A stretch of DNA of 64,000 nucleotides from Picochlorum sp. SENEW3. Taxonomy: Eukaryota. The stretch covers positions 1,426,001-1,490,000 of the forward strand of contig CP120453.1 of NCBI GenBank assembly GCA_034226945.1, given 5' to 3'. Of this stretch, positions 21,301 to 32,307 are shown piece by piece (positions within the stretch are counted from its first letter, which is position 1; the number at the start of each line of letters is the position of its first letter). A program made the position numbers and the translations under genes. The notes below the pieces were generated by a model, which ran no database searches, was not told the DNA's origin, and saw nothing but the letters and a program-made list of their open reading frames with translations.

Positions 21301-24300
21301 CTTTGCTTCCTTTGGTGCTCTCCGCGAACACAAACTCAATAGTTCCAGAGGATGATAAACAGGACAAGGCACGTCCAGTCTCTTTTCAAATTTCCCTTCA
21401 CAATTTGAACCTTGCCTCTGTACACGATTCGCAGAGCAATGTGCGAAACATGCCAATAGATTATCTTGATTTCTCATCTGTGCAACCTCGCATTGCATCC
21501 TGTTCCATCAATAGGCTCCAGCTGGAAATCACATTGTCAGAGAAACCATCAGTTGACTCATTTGAGATGGAGGCACTAAAGCTGCGCTGTGGAATTTTGA
21601 GCAGCCGGGGACCATTGCTGACTCCGATTTTAGAGGTTCCGGTTGTCAATTATTGTCTTCAAGACAATAATGTCTTGGTGGTGAAATGCAGGCAGATTGA
21701 AGTGGGAATTCATCCGTATCAGTTGACTTTACTTCGAGCCTTGGCACTTCGATGGGAGTGTCAAAAAGAAAGTCTGTCTCAGTCATACGCATCTAAGCAG
21801 AAGTCTTCTCCGGATAGTACTAACACTTCTTTGGCATTGCCTCAGATGGATTTTTCTCCAATGGAGGTTCAAATTCAGGATATTGATGTTTCGTTATTGG
21901 GATTACCCTCATTGAACGGCGGGGTGCTATTAGTAGGCCGATCTTGTAGTGCACGTATGCAACCAAAGTCTTTTAGGTTTTGCTGGAATAGGTTGGAAAT
22001 ACTCTTCAAGGAATCGCAAGTGGCACAAGTGGATCCTTCTGGTTCAAATGATGAGAGCAGATCCATGTCAGGCTCCAACAGTCCATGCAAGACAGATTTT
22101 TCCCATTCTTCCGACCTTGATAACCACACTGAATTCTACGACGTTTCAAGGAACGCAAGCAGTGCTTCTTTTGTGTCCAAATATTACAGCATTGGAGACG
22201 ATGAAACCACTTCTGTTTCCTCTCACTCACTAGGTATGCTTCTATCTTTCCCTGCTCTCCATACCACAGTTTTACATTGATTGCTTCTTTTGTACTTGCA
22301 GTCGAGGAGGGTGATTCTGCATCAACATTGGATGTTGAGTCCCTCACAAGTGTTGTGACCATTGGATTTGACAAGGAGAATCAGGAGCAACAAGGGGTGG
22401 AAGCTTCCCTTTCGGGCAAAAGTGCAAAAGTATCAATCTCACCGATTTATATCGCTTTTTGTATTGATCCTATTCCATCGATAGTTCACTTTGTGGAAGC
22501 CTATGGGAATTATCTATCGACTCATGTTTGTGTTGAGGATGACCATCAAAGCTCCGTGATATTGCGGGAGAGTGCACCACGTGTCCGGGACTTGGAAGTA
22601 GAACTTCAATGTGTATCTCTCAGGATGGAGACAAAACATCGTAGAGGGTCCATCGTTGAACAATTGTCTTCTTCCATTGATTCCACAGAAGACTTGAGTT
22701 GCTGCACCTCAGAGGCGACCAAGGATTTCTTATCAGTGAGGCTGAATAAAGGTCTTTGCTCTTATAGCTCGGGCAAGGCTGGTCAAAAGATTTCTCTTCG
22801 TGTTCTAGGGATTCTTTTTGCGGGCGATTCTTCCTCTGAAGGGAAGCAAAAGGAGAATTGGCAATCCTCAGCAATTGTTGGAGTGCAAAACCTCAACATA
22901 CAGTGCAGCATTTTGCACAAGAAGAAAGAAGCCCAGGCTTTCAAATCCGATGCTTCATGCGATCAAATATCTGTATGGATCAACCAAGAGAATATACCTC
23001 CAGTCCATCATGTGATTCTGAGACTGAGAGACTGTATGGATGAAGCCAGAGCAACATCCCATTCGAACAGTGGCAGCCAGATGACTCAAAGCTGGTCATC
23101 AAATATGATCAACTCAACAATAATGATGTCTTTAGGTAGATTTTCTATCGTCCTTGCATCATCTATAGCTGATGAGCAAGTTTATCTGATGGAAGGAAAC
23201 CTAAAAGACATCTCTGTCATGGCATATTTCATCAACGGAGTTGCTCATGGATCTGCATCATGCAGCATTGGAGTAGCGGTTCCAATTGTGCAGTACGGGG
23301 TATGGGCCAATGTCCTGGATGATACAGTTGTCAAATTTCAAGCCATATCACCGCATCTTGATCAAACTAGCAATCCTTCACCTGGAAGCAAGATTGCTCA
23401 CCTTGATCTGGATGTAGGATCAGCAAATCTCACGATCACGAGTGACATACTCCACTCAATCAGCTTTTGTGAGGCATTCGTCACTTCATTGATTACCTCA
23501 AACAATCAGATTGATTGTGAAGTGAATATGGGTATGGATTGGGTCGTTAATCATACTGAATTTGACATTCTGCTGTGCTTCCCAGGAGACAATGAAGCAT
23601 GTAGTCATGCTGGTGCCATTGTTTTGGAGCCTGGTGCTAAATATTATCCCAGTCAAATATCAACTCAGCCCTATAAATCCGGATTGCCTGATATAGAAGA
23701 AGGCATTTCAGAGCGAGGAGAATGCAATAATATATCAAGATGTCCATCACCAGATTTCATGGATGTCAAAATTTCTGAAAGTGACAGTAGATATTGCAGG
23801 ATTGACTTGCAACGGTAGGTTGAGATTTTTATTATCAAAATAAATTCTTCCTTTGGCATCTTAATATCTGTATTTATGTTCAGGGATCGATGCTCTCGGC
23901 ATAACTTTAATGTTGAAGGACAAAGCTTGGCTGTGATCTCCAAGACAAAAAGGCTGCCTTCCGGGGCTTGGAGGACTTCTCTTGAACCAAGTATTGAGTT
24001 TCAGAATAATACAGTGTTCCGAATAACACTCAGATATATTTCTGATCACAGTCCAGAATACCCACTGATAAGGGTAGTCCCTCAAAATGCAAAAATTTGG
24101 CTCCCTTTGTCTGCTGTCTCAGGAGAATATAGGTTCAAGATTGACACTCAGGAGACCATGCGAACTGAGACTGAAAGGATCGTCGATATATCTCCAATTG
24201 GATTGTCAGAGCCATTACTTTTGTGGGACTCTATGTTTCAGACTGAGTATTCTGATCAACTTGATATCATTTCTGACCATGAGAAGGCTCAGTTCTGTAT

Positions 24301-27300
24301 GTCATTGACCATAAAAGGTATGTTTCATTACTTTCTTTTTTGCCAAAGCAGCAGCCGTTAACTTGCACACAATGACCGCTACTATAATATGTCTACAGGA
24401 ATTTCTGGCTCAATTTCTTTGATTGCAAGCCCAAAAGTTCTACTTCAGAATCTTTTGCCAGTTCCCATGACAGTTGTCTCAGAAGACCTCTGTACCAGAC
24501 TTTGTGCTTCTCCCACTGAAACGTTGATGCTTACTGATGTCCACCATCTCCCCTGGACCTTCAAAATATCTCCAGTTGATTTCAATGAAAGTCCTATGTT
24601 TTGCTTGAGTGATACAGAGGGCACGTCAAGAATTAGCTGCATTGGAGATCCTGAGCAAACCTCTATGCTATCAACAATATTCAGTGATAGCTCTTCAGGA
24701 AACACTGAACTTTTTGCTCAGTTGATAACTCATAGAAGTTCGGATACCGGTACAGTTTTATTGAAAATTGTGGCGCCAATTTGGGTATATAACTACACAG
24801 GATTGCCAATCTCTTTGAGCTGCCTGCTTTCTTCTGAGGTGGTGAATGAAATAGATAAGTGGGAGGAACCGGATGATGGAGAAATAATGGACATTGTGCC
24901 TGAATCTTGGATACTGCCACTTCAAATATCCGTTGGTGGTGAATTAATTTCTGTCCGATCTGTTCCATCGTCCCTCCATATGTCTTTATCTGAGCCATCC
25001 ATTTGTGAGACTGAGCGGGGTGAACATGACACACTGGATCACATGCTTGGTAGACGGAGAGGATACACTGAGCAAAATGTTAGCGAGGCATCTAATAATA
25101 TTTTTCTAGGCCTGGGCTGTCTTGCACATGATGCCGAGGGTGTAGAGGATGCGTCATTGATACATCACCCTCATGGGCAAGCCAATGCAGTGGATTCTCC
25201 CAGCGGCAGAATGCCAAAAGCCCATTCAGCATGGCCTTCTGGATTGAACCAATTTGCCGTGAGCTTACTGAAGCAGCCAATGAAAAAGATTCGCATTCGA
25301 TCATCTAAACAGAAGGCACGCAGTGGTTCTACTTTCTGGTCGTCTCCTTTGTTCCTAGGTGGCCTGCACGACCGACATGAGATTGTGCAAATTCCAATGC
25401 CGGTCTCAACAGGTGGAATGTCCAAAGACAATTTCAGGCCCGGAGAATACCCTGCTGTTGTTAGTCTGAAAGTTCTCGAAGAAGGCGTGGAAGAAATAAT
25501 AATCTCGCCGCAATTCGTCATAATTAATCAATTGACCTCCTCAATCCAGTATCGCCAAAAGGGGACAAATGCAGAGGTTAAGATCAAGCCAGGAGAGTAC
25601 AGCCCACTTCAATGGACAGACTCAGGGCTGCCTCGAAAATTATCTGTGAGGATTTTAGAGGCGGGTTGGTTGTGGTCCGGTGGATTTTCTCTCGAGCATG
25701 CCGGTGATATTTTCCTCAAGCTCCGCCATCGAGACAGAGGAATCACTAGAATCGTTCGGGCAGATGTCTCCCATTCTTTGAAGGATGGCACTAGAAGAAT
25801 CATATTCCGCTCAAATCCAGATGACTTTACACCATACAGGATCGAAAATTGCTCCCTTGAAACATTAATAATCCGCCAAAAAGGTGTCATGGACCAGCAG
25901 GATGTTCTAAGACCATATTGCTCTTTGGATTACACATGGGATGAGCCCTCCTTATCTCATTTTGTTGTCATCGAGAGACCTGGTGGCCTTTTTGTGGGAA
26001 GTATAGATCTTGATAGGGTTGGTTTGAAATTCCAAGTGAATGTTAAGGATAAAATGTCGGACAAAAAGGTGAGGCTGTCCATCTTTGTCCACTCGGAGGG
26101 CCCAATGCGAGTTCTTCGAGTGATGGACGAGAAATACCATCAAAGTGTTTCGCATAACGGCAATGACCTAATTCGTGTGGATGGAAGACTGAATAATACA
26201 TTCGATTTGAAGTGCACTTTCAACAGCATCTTCATCTCCTATGTGCAAAAGAGGGAAGAAAAGTTGTTATTGGCAATTAGGTATTTTGCCCTGTCATGCT
26301 TGACAAGTCCCTCAAGAATTTCCATCTCTGGGTCAATTGATTTGATACAAGTCGATAATCCAAGGATTACATCTATATTTCCTGTGGTATTGGTTCTTCC
26401 AGCTCCAGAGAGTTCCCTGACTTCCAGAGTCAGAAAGGGAATTGAGCCTCAGAATGTCAAAAAGCCTTTAGCATGGAATTTGATTGTCTGGAGAAAGAAA
26501 CCACAGAACAAAGTGGTTTGTTTTGAATTGGCTGAGATACATCTAAAATCCCTCGGGATTTATATCGAACAAGACATATTAAATTTGTTCGAGAATATCT
26601 CAGAAGAATTAGAATCTTTGCAGAGGTTGAACATCCCTCACTCCAAAGGCTTCCAAACAAGAAACGGCAAGATTAGCTCTCTGGACCTCTCGACTTTAGA
26701 GTTTTCAAAGACAAAACAGTACAGAGATGACAAGTATTACTTTGATCGCATAATTATCTCCCCGGTGGAGGTCAGGCTCAGCTTCAATTCGTCATTGGTC
26801 CAAGATTCAAGCAGAGCTTTCTTTCAACAAGTGATTGCGCTTGCGGATATTGAGGATGCCAGGCTGTGGCTTGCCGGTGTCATTCTGAAGAATGCTCTTT
26901 TAGATGAGATCACAATGCAATCGTTTTTATCAAGCCACTACCGCAGAGCACTTTTGCTGGAATTGTTCAAAATTGTTGGTGCAGCAAATGTTCTTGGGGA
27001 TCCAATGGCGTTGCTCCACCATGTTGGGCTTGGAGTGTGGGAGTTCTTCTCTGGACCTGCTGTGGGCCTCATTGAAAGTGCTAGAACATTCGGACCTAGG
27101 GAATTTATTTTCGGTTTTATATCGGGTACTAAAGGATTGCTGCAGAACGTCCTTTTTGCAGCTTCCAATGCAACAACAAAAGCATCCAGTGCTGCCCACA
27201 AAGCGATACTACTTTGGGGCTTTGGGAGGGATGGCCGCCAGAACGATTTGCCCATGAACACAGTGATGCAGCACTGGGTACGAGTAGATGAACACCTCCC

Positions 27301-28024
27301 TGATGAGGAAGGACTGATTGGAGCTATACTTCGAGGACTAGTTGGACTTGCTACTGATCCCATCAAAGGAGCAGAGGAGAGAGGACTGTTGGGTTTTGTA
27401 GATGGAGTTTTCCATGGTCTCCTCGGTACAATATTGATTCCACTTTCAGCATGGCTTCAAATGTGTGCTTCTACTGCTCGCAGTATTCGAAAAGCTGTAG
27501 CTGGAACAGCAAACCTTAGCTGGACTAGGCCTCCAAGATGGATTGATTTATCTAAAGCCCTAGAGCCATACAGCAGGACTGAATCCATGGGCAGATGGCT
27601 TTTCATCCAATTATCCATGCTACAATATTGGAGAAAAAAGATTGAGAATGACTCGTTTGTGGTATGCTGTAGATTGTACAATGCAGAAAAGTCTGATGAG
27701 TCCTATTTGCTATTGACTGATAGGAGGGTCCTTGTTGTGACAGCAAAAGGAAATAATTGGAATCCACGAGTACTGTGGACTTCTAGGTTGGGAGCGATTG
27801 AAACAATCCATACAGATCAAAAATCAGTTCTTATCATTGCGAACCCAGAGTTGGTGAAATCCTCAATGTTGAGGATGCATGAAGAACAGGGCAAACTCTT
27901 CTCAGTATTTATTGCACGCCTTGAGACCGAGAGTGAATCACAAAAATTTTCTGCTAAACTGACGAACGAATGCTCGAAATATTTACAAGACTATTACAGC
28001 AATAGGATTGGGTTCAACATTTAA
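18381..28024 (+). CDS. VPS13: VPS13-family bulk lipid transfer protein; predicted introns 21104-21175, 22234-22301, 23815-23883, 24318-24398
   Basis: Chorein N-terminus MFEGWATDLLASYLG..VSVPW; VAB/SHR-BD-like WSGGF, PYRIEN, YTWDEP; LGDP and PIKGAEERGLLGFVDG; C-terminal PH-like region; four phase-consistent GT-AG introns. Confidence 0.9.
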
Positions 28025-28025
28025 T

Positions 28026-29945
28026 TTATTTATTCATCAAAGCATGTGAATTTGCACAAACACATCCGACGCCATTTGCCTTGTATAAAGGGCCACATTT
28101 TTGCACTTTAGGTTCCTGACCAGCATGAAAACATTGCATGTCTTTTAAGATTTCATTTGACCCCTCATGAGCCTCCATGATGCGTGACACCATACTCTCT
28201 AGCTCTTCAATCCTGACTTGATAACTGAAACAAATACTATCAGAGCTATATTGCCTATGCGAGAGCAAGAGGTGGCCGTGATTGAGGCACATTTTGTCTT
28301 CATCATTCTCTATGGAATACAAACCAAAAAGCCATAAATCGCGGTTACACACTGCACAATCCGCTTCTTTTGTGGATACTCCAGAGCCATCTTTCTGACA
28401 AAGCTTTGGGATGGAATCCAGGTCTACACCAAACTTGCTAAACTCCACCTTTGCTGTCTTCCAATCTTCTTGTATCTCTTGCAATCGCAAATGCAATTCA
28501 CAGGCTGCTTGCACGATGACATCACTCATGCCAGCGTGTTCATCAAAGTTCACAGAAACCAGTTTGAAGAGCAGAGCATCTTGGCTAATTGTGACAGGCT
28601 TGCGCGACTTTTGGTATTTTCTGACGATCGCACTCCCATATCGCAACCACGGTGGAGCAGCAAAGTTGACAGCCTCGGCGCAATTGAATCCTGTATTGAA
28701 ACCACTATGGTACGCATTTGGCATTGTCACAACAAATGTCCTTGGTGGATGAACTACCCTGTACACTGGCACGCCTCTCTTGATGAGCTCCCTAGGATGA
28801 ATTTGCGTCACTAGCTGATATAAAAGAGATGGAGATGCCTCAAACAGATGAGGCAGGGCATCCTGCATTGCCTCTTCAAATTCCCTCGAAGCATCAGATG
28901 GGACAGCATACCACACTTTCGGGCTACCAAAGTGGATATAATTTACCGAGTACAGTGCATGATCCTCAATATGCCAACAAAAAGAAGAAAAACACGACCC
29001 TGCGTATACCCAAGGCACCATCACGCCTGACACAAGCCCAGCATCTTCTTTCAAATAATGCAATAATGATCCTGAACTGCATGGCATATTATTGATATTC
29101 CAAGGATGGTTTCTGTATGACTCTTCTGTGTCATCAACCTCTTCTTTTGGTACAATATCCACGCCACGATGTTCCTGGAAATAGTGATGCAACAACTCGC
29201 GCCTCCAAGCAGGCAAAGGAAAACCAGATCCATGACATCCATTATCCAAGTCACTCCCATATAATGCTTCAACGTGCTCAGAGCCGCTGTCCACAATACG
29301 CCAAAACTCTCGCTCAATTTCTTCAACACTAGGACTCACCTTCATCGGAAATTTGTTCGGAAACAAATGCACAGGCCTCTGTGCATCTTCAGAAGACACA
29401 CCAGTCCCTGTCGGCTCTGGGCAACTAAAATGCATCGCCTTTGCCCAATCCGCATACTCTGAAAACTCTTTCAATCTACATGATATTTTCAATGGAGCAA
29501 ATCCAAAACCCTCCTGAGCATCCCGACAACAGAGCTCTGATGTCGGCTGCCTCTTTACAGCAAATTCAAATGTGTCCAAATCCACCCCATCGCTATTTTG
29601 CTCAATCGCAAACGGGGGATTCCAGCTCTCTGGAGGTATGATATGAGCCATACCCCACCTACTCGCCTCTTCTGTAATCCCTGATATGTATTCCATGGGA
29701 TTTTCCCACTCTTCCTCAGTAGGCCTGAACGATGGAATAGTAGTAGCCACTATTGAACCATCCGCGTCGCCACACTCTGGCCTCCATCGAGCCTTTGGTC
29801 TTTGACATACTTGTCTTCGGATTGAATCCCCCTCTGACCCAGGCATGTGCTCCACTGACGACTCCCTTTCAAAGGAGCATGGATCATGATGTTCCTTCGT
29901 CACAAACCCATACTTTGCCCTCTTCCTGGTGTTTCCTTGGGTCAT
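28026..29945 (-). CDS. JmjN/JmjC histone demethylase, KDM5/JARID-like
   Basis: JmjN PSFRPTEEEWENPMEYI; JmjC WHIEDH, YHSGFNTGFNCAEAVNFA; degenerate C-terminal zinc finger. Confidence 0.92.
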   Translation of the reverse strand: MTQGNTRKRAKYGFVTKEHHDPCSFERESSVEHMPGSEGDSIRRQVCQRPKARWRPECGDADGSIVATTIPSFRPTEEEWENPMEYISGITEEASRWGMAHIIPPESWNPPFAIEQNSDGVDLDTFEFAVKRQPTSELCCRDAQEGFGFAPLKISCRLKEFSEYADWAKAMHFSCPEPTGTGVSSEDAQRPVHLFPNKFPMKVSPSVEEIEREFWRIVDSGSEHVEALYGSDLDNGCHGSGFPLPAWRRELLHHYFQEHRGVDIVPKEEVDDTEESYRNHPWNINNMPCSSGSLLHYLKEDAGLVSGVMVPWVYAGSCFSSFCWHIEDHALYSVNYIHFGSPKVWYAVPSDASREFEEAMQDALPHLFEASPSLLYQLVTQIHPRELIKRGVPVYRVVHPPRTFVVTMPNAYHSGFNTGFNCAEAVNFAAPPWLRYGSAIVRKYQKSRKPVTISQDALLFKLVSVNFDEHAGMSDVIVQAACELHLRLQEIQEDWKTAKVEFSKFGVDLDSIPKLCQKDGSGVSTKEADCAVCNRDLWLFGLYSIENDEDKMCLNHGHLLLSHRQYSSDSICFSYQVRIEELESMVSRIMEAHEGSNEILKDMQCFHAGQEPKVQKCGPLYKANGVGCVCANSHALMNK

Positions 29946-30210
29946 AATACCCGTATATTACATTATCAAATACCGATATGGGCGTCAACACGCGCGTATG
30001 GCAGTGCATTCCCATTGGCAGTACCTCGTGGGTCCCTTTCCAGGGAGGTACCCATCCCAAATTTGGGATGGTACTGCGAATTCCGCCGCAGAGTCATACG
30101 CCCAAGCTGAATGCCATGGATGCCCCAATATAGGCCACTGCCTCCCCTCCAACGTATACACTATTTAAACAAATCTTTAGGCATTAAATTTGTGTTGTGC
30201 TTGATACAAT

Positions 30211-31545
30211 ATGAAGGTACGAGTGTAGGCCGCCGGCAATTTTGACAGAGCGGGCGATGGCAGTGTGACGGCAGACTCTCTCTCCCTGGGTATGAGCCCG
30301 TGCGATGATCGGATTTTCATTTGATTATCACCTTGAAGAGTATTTGATGATCCGTTGTCTGACTTAATGCCTTGGAGCTAAGAAACTGTGCGACTGCTGT
30401 TTGTCACTGACGATACCAAGACAGTGCTGTTCATGGCGATTTGGCTGCATTTGATGTGCGATTCAAATGAATATTAGTTTATTCGTTGGAATATTGGCTG
30501 CTGAAAGCATGGCGTGAGTATCCCAAGGGTGATACCAAGGCGGCGACCTGCTGGTGCTACGAGTGCAGGTCGCCGTAGGCATGATACCTTGCTGCTGCGG
30601 CAATCAGACAGCGGTTTTGCTCAGGAATAATACACATGTATGCATTTGCATCATCCATTGTGGCGGATGATGCTCGTATATAGCTCATCAGTCAGGGAGA
30701 GAGAGAAAAAAAAAAAGCTGGCTGCCCTTTTTCAATTGTATTTCGAACAATAGCTTTGTTGATCGCCTGCAGAGTATCTAACTCATGTGTTTTTTGTCCT
30801 TGTGCAGTTTAATATCGCGTACCCAGCTACTGGGTGCCAAAAGAAGTTGGACATTGACGATGATGCCAAACTTCGTGCCTTTTATGATAAGCGTCTCTCT
30901 GCTGAGGTTGCTGGAGAGAACCTCGGAGAGGAGTTTGCCGGTTACATCTTCAAGATTATGGGAGGAAACGATAAGCAGGGATTCCCAATGAAGCAGGGAG
31001 TCCTCACCAACGGACGTGTTCGTGTGCTCATGAGCAGAGGAGACTCCTGCTTCAAGGGATATGGTCGCCGAAATGGTGAGCGCCGCAGAAAATCCGTGAG
31101 AGGATGCATTGTGTCCCCAGAGATTTCTGTGCTCAACTTGGTAATTGTCAAGAAGGGAGAGAATGATATCCCAGGGCTCACTGATGATGAGAAGCCACGC
31201 CCAAGAGGACCAAAGCGTGCCTCCAAGATCAGAAAGATGTTCAACCTTACAAAGGACGATGATGTTAGACACTATGTGAAGATTTATGGAAAGAAGATTG
31301 AGAAGGATGGAAAGACTACCATCAAGTGCCCTAAGATCCAGCGTCTAGTAACTCCACAGAAATTGCAGAGAAAGCGTGCTCGTAAGGCTGAGAAGAAGGC
31401 CAAGATTGCCAAGAAGAAGACTGAGCAGGCCGCATACCACAAGTTGTTGATGACCCGCCTGAAGGAGGAGAGAGAGAGACGCTCCGAGTCTTTGGCCAAG
31501 AAGCGTGCCATCCGCCAGGCATCTCAGGCATCAAAGGAGGCCTAA
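30211..31545 (+). CDS. RPS6: 40S ribosomal protein S6 (eS6); exon 1 ATGAAG, intron 30217-30807
   Basis: MK joined to [47 protein letters not shown]. Confidence 0.97.
30300..30365 (+). ncRNA. Candidate intronic box C/D snoRNA
   Basis: C-like GCGATGA, guide CGGATTTTCA (antisense to LSU rRNA UGAAAAUCCG as recalled), D-prime-like TTGA, C-prime TGATGA, D box CTGA at 30359-30362. Confidence 0.55.
30368..30426 (+). ncRNA. Candidate single-hairpin H/ACA-type snoRNA
   Basis: CCTTGG..CCAAGG basal stem with internal loop, followed directly by ACA plus 3 nt. Confidence 0.4.
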
Positions 31546-31660
31546 GTATTCTCAGATATTGATCTAGTTCGATGTTTGAAACAGTAAATATTAATATTCT
31601 AGGGGAGGCATTTTCGTAATATATGTGTCTTCCATGTTTAAAACAGTATTCTCCACTACT

Positions 31661-32050
31661 CTAGAACCATGATGATCCAAGAAGGATTAAACAGGATGTG
31701 ATTGACAATGTGCTCAGCGTCATTGCTGTTCCGAAAACCCGAAACTTGAATCTTTCAGAAACCTGACTGACGCCATATGCATGGACAAACCTCCCGAGAC
31801 ATAGCGCAGCACTCAAGCCATGAATAAGTACCGCTGGGTATGAATATTGTTCCTCCAAGACATACAATAACATGAGCGACAGAGGGACGTACTCTGCACA
31901 GTTTGCATGTGCTCGAATTGCTTTCAAAAGCTCTTTGTTATTCCCATCGCCCACACCAACCTTGTGTTTTCGGCGCAGGGTAAGCGTCCTCCAGGACAGA
32001 CCTACAAAGAGTAAACCCAAGATGGATCCATACACAGGAACAATCATCAT
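31661..32050 (-). CDS. MAPEG-family membrane protein (bacterial YecN-like)
   Basis: R..HKVGVGDG, AIRAHANCAEYVP, GRFVHAYG; several hydrophobic helices; intronless. Confidence 0.88.
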   Translation of the reverse strand: MMIVPVYGSILGLLFVGLSWRTLTLRRKHKVGVGDGNNKELLKAIRAHANCAEYVPLSLMLLYVLEEQYSYPAVLIHGLSAALCLGRFVHAYGVSQVSERFKFRVFGTAMTLSTLSITSCLILLGSSWF

Positions 32051-32307
32051 CCTTTACAGGGCATATAATGCAGTCATATATCGAAAACCATGCATTCCCC
32101 GAATAGAAGACCCAATATGCACAGATGCAGTCAGCCTGATGCCTTGTTCATTCGACTTCCTCGCGAGGCCATTCGATTCGAGTGGGGTCATCCCCTGACT
32201 CTGAAAAAAGAATGCTAGAGCAAGCATCCGAGGGTCAAATCCCATGAAATGCTCATCTTGTGAGTGGATTCCACATCAGAAACATCTTTTTACAAATATA
32301 AGACACC

